Shown here one piece after another: positions 61,746 to 62,158 of a DNA stretch of 62,158 nucleotides. Every line of letters starts with the position of its first letter. The stretch's first letter is position 1. A program made the position numbers and the translations under genes. The notes beneath the pieces are model-generated. The model saw nothing but the letters and a program-made list of their open reading frames with translations, was not told the DNA's origin and did not search any database. Source of the stretch: Candidatus Dojkabacteria bacterium (GTDB lineage Bacteria; Patescibacteriota; Dojkabacteria; SC72; JAFGCJ01); contig JAFGIK010000072.1 in NCBI GenBank assembly GCA_016929645.1, forward strand, positions 1 through 62,158, given 5' to 3'.

Positions 61746-62158
61746 TAATGTGTTTATTAATATTATTAAAACCTTGCCGCTAATGTAAAGTTACTATTAG
61801 CTGCACTTACACGAATCTTAATCTGTTATGTGTAAGTTGGTTTAAATCAATAAAATTGTATAAATAAATACATCTATTGATATCTTGCTAGGATGGAACA
61901 AGTATAGTCCAACCATTTTTTTTGATCAATAGCGAAATTTGTTAGGAATAGTAAGCAAAAGTGAAATACTGGAGAATTAAATTTATGAGTTTTGATTTTA
62001 TATTGATATGAGATCAAGTATATTCAAGTTGATAGGATATTGATTCTGAATAATTAAAACTTGTTAATTAAGATTGAGGTCATCGGGTAGATAATGCCCA
62101 CTTTTGGAGAATGAGGTTGAATGAAGTGTATCATAAAATAGAACAGGGAATTTGTAGA

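Noticed and set aside
62111-62158. Possible gene start (ATG at 62111, open to the window end)
   Set aside because: Only 16 codons are visible and GGAGA directly abuts the ATG with no spacer, so the ORF cannot be supported.

Overview
This is an AT-rich, very gene-dense 62-kb chromosomal window. By hand count most 60-nt lines have about 20-22 G+C. It holds about 55 protein genes and two tRNA-Ser genes, with no rRNA and no CRISPR array. The standard genetic code applies, since long ORFs end in TAA, TAG or TGA. Housekeeping blocks are alaS-ruvX-mltG-LCP-holA (minus strand, 5.6-11.4 kb), dnaJ, nusA-ylxR-infB-(DHH-like)-rpsO-pnp-(Lon-like ATPase)-udg-rnj (24-35 kb), alr and pcrA. Between these blocks lie many membrane-anchored or secreted large proteins: Ig-like, FN3, a Cys-rich DUF11-type protein, and a PD40-propeller/lipase fusion. 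The same regions carry a sortase, wall-remodelling and wall-binding proteins (LCP, MltG, G5/3D, PGRP-like/SH3b), a processive GT2 synthase, a PadR module and an FtsA-like gene with a large bitopic partner. A tRNA-Ser-linked accessory stretch (47-53 kb) carries stress and detoxification genes: an MTH1-like Nudix, a cupin, a chagasin-like inhibitor, and DUF948/YtxH. The shortened AlaRS and IF-2, the lack of biosynthetic genes, the superoxide reductase and the surface-protein load fit a streamlined anaerobic monoderm such as a Patescibacteria/CPR-type episymbiont. That placement is inference only, because no search was possible. The most notable observations are: (1) an Ala-specific T-box riboswitch with an apparently ultrashort Stem I and an extra competing helix upstream of alaS; (2) a compositionally atypical 1103-aa secreted 7-blade propeller + LCAT-like lipase protein; (3) an FtsA-like gene paired with a 787-aa bitopic protein whose ectodomain looks baseplate-J-like; (4) a 15-nt duplication of the tRNA-Ser(UGA) 3' end bracketing a GC-rich triple-hairpin cassette; (5) a Lon AAA+ module with no protease domain; (6) a sortase with non-canonical candidate sorting signals (QPKTG, LPQTS). 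All family calls come from motif recognition by eye, and all need HMM or structure searches to confirm.
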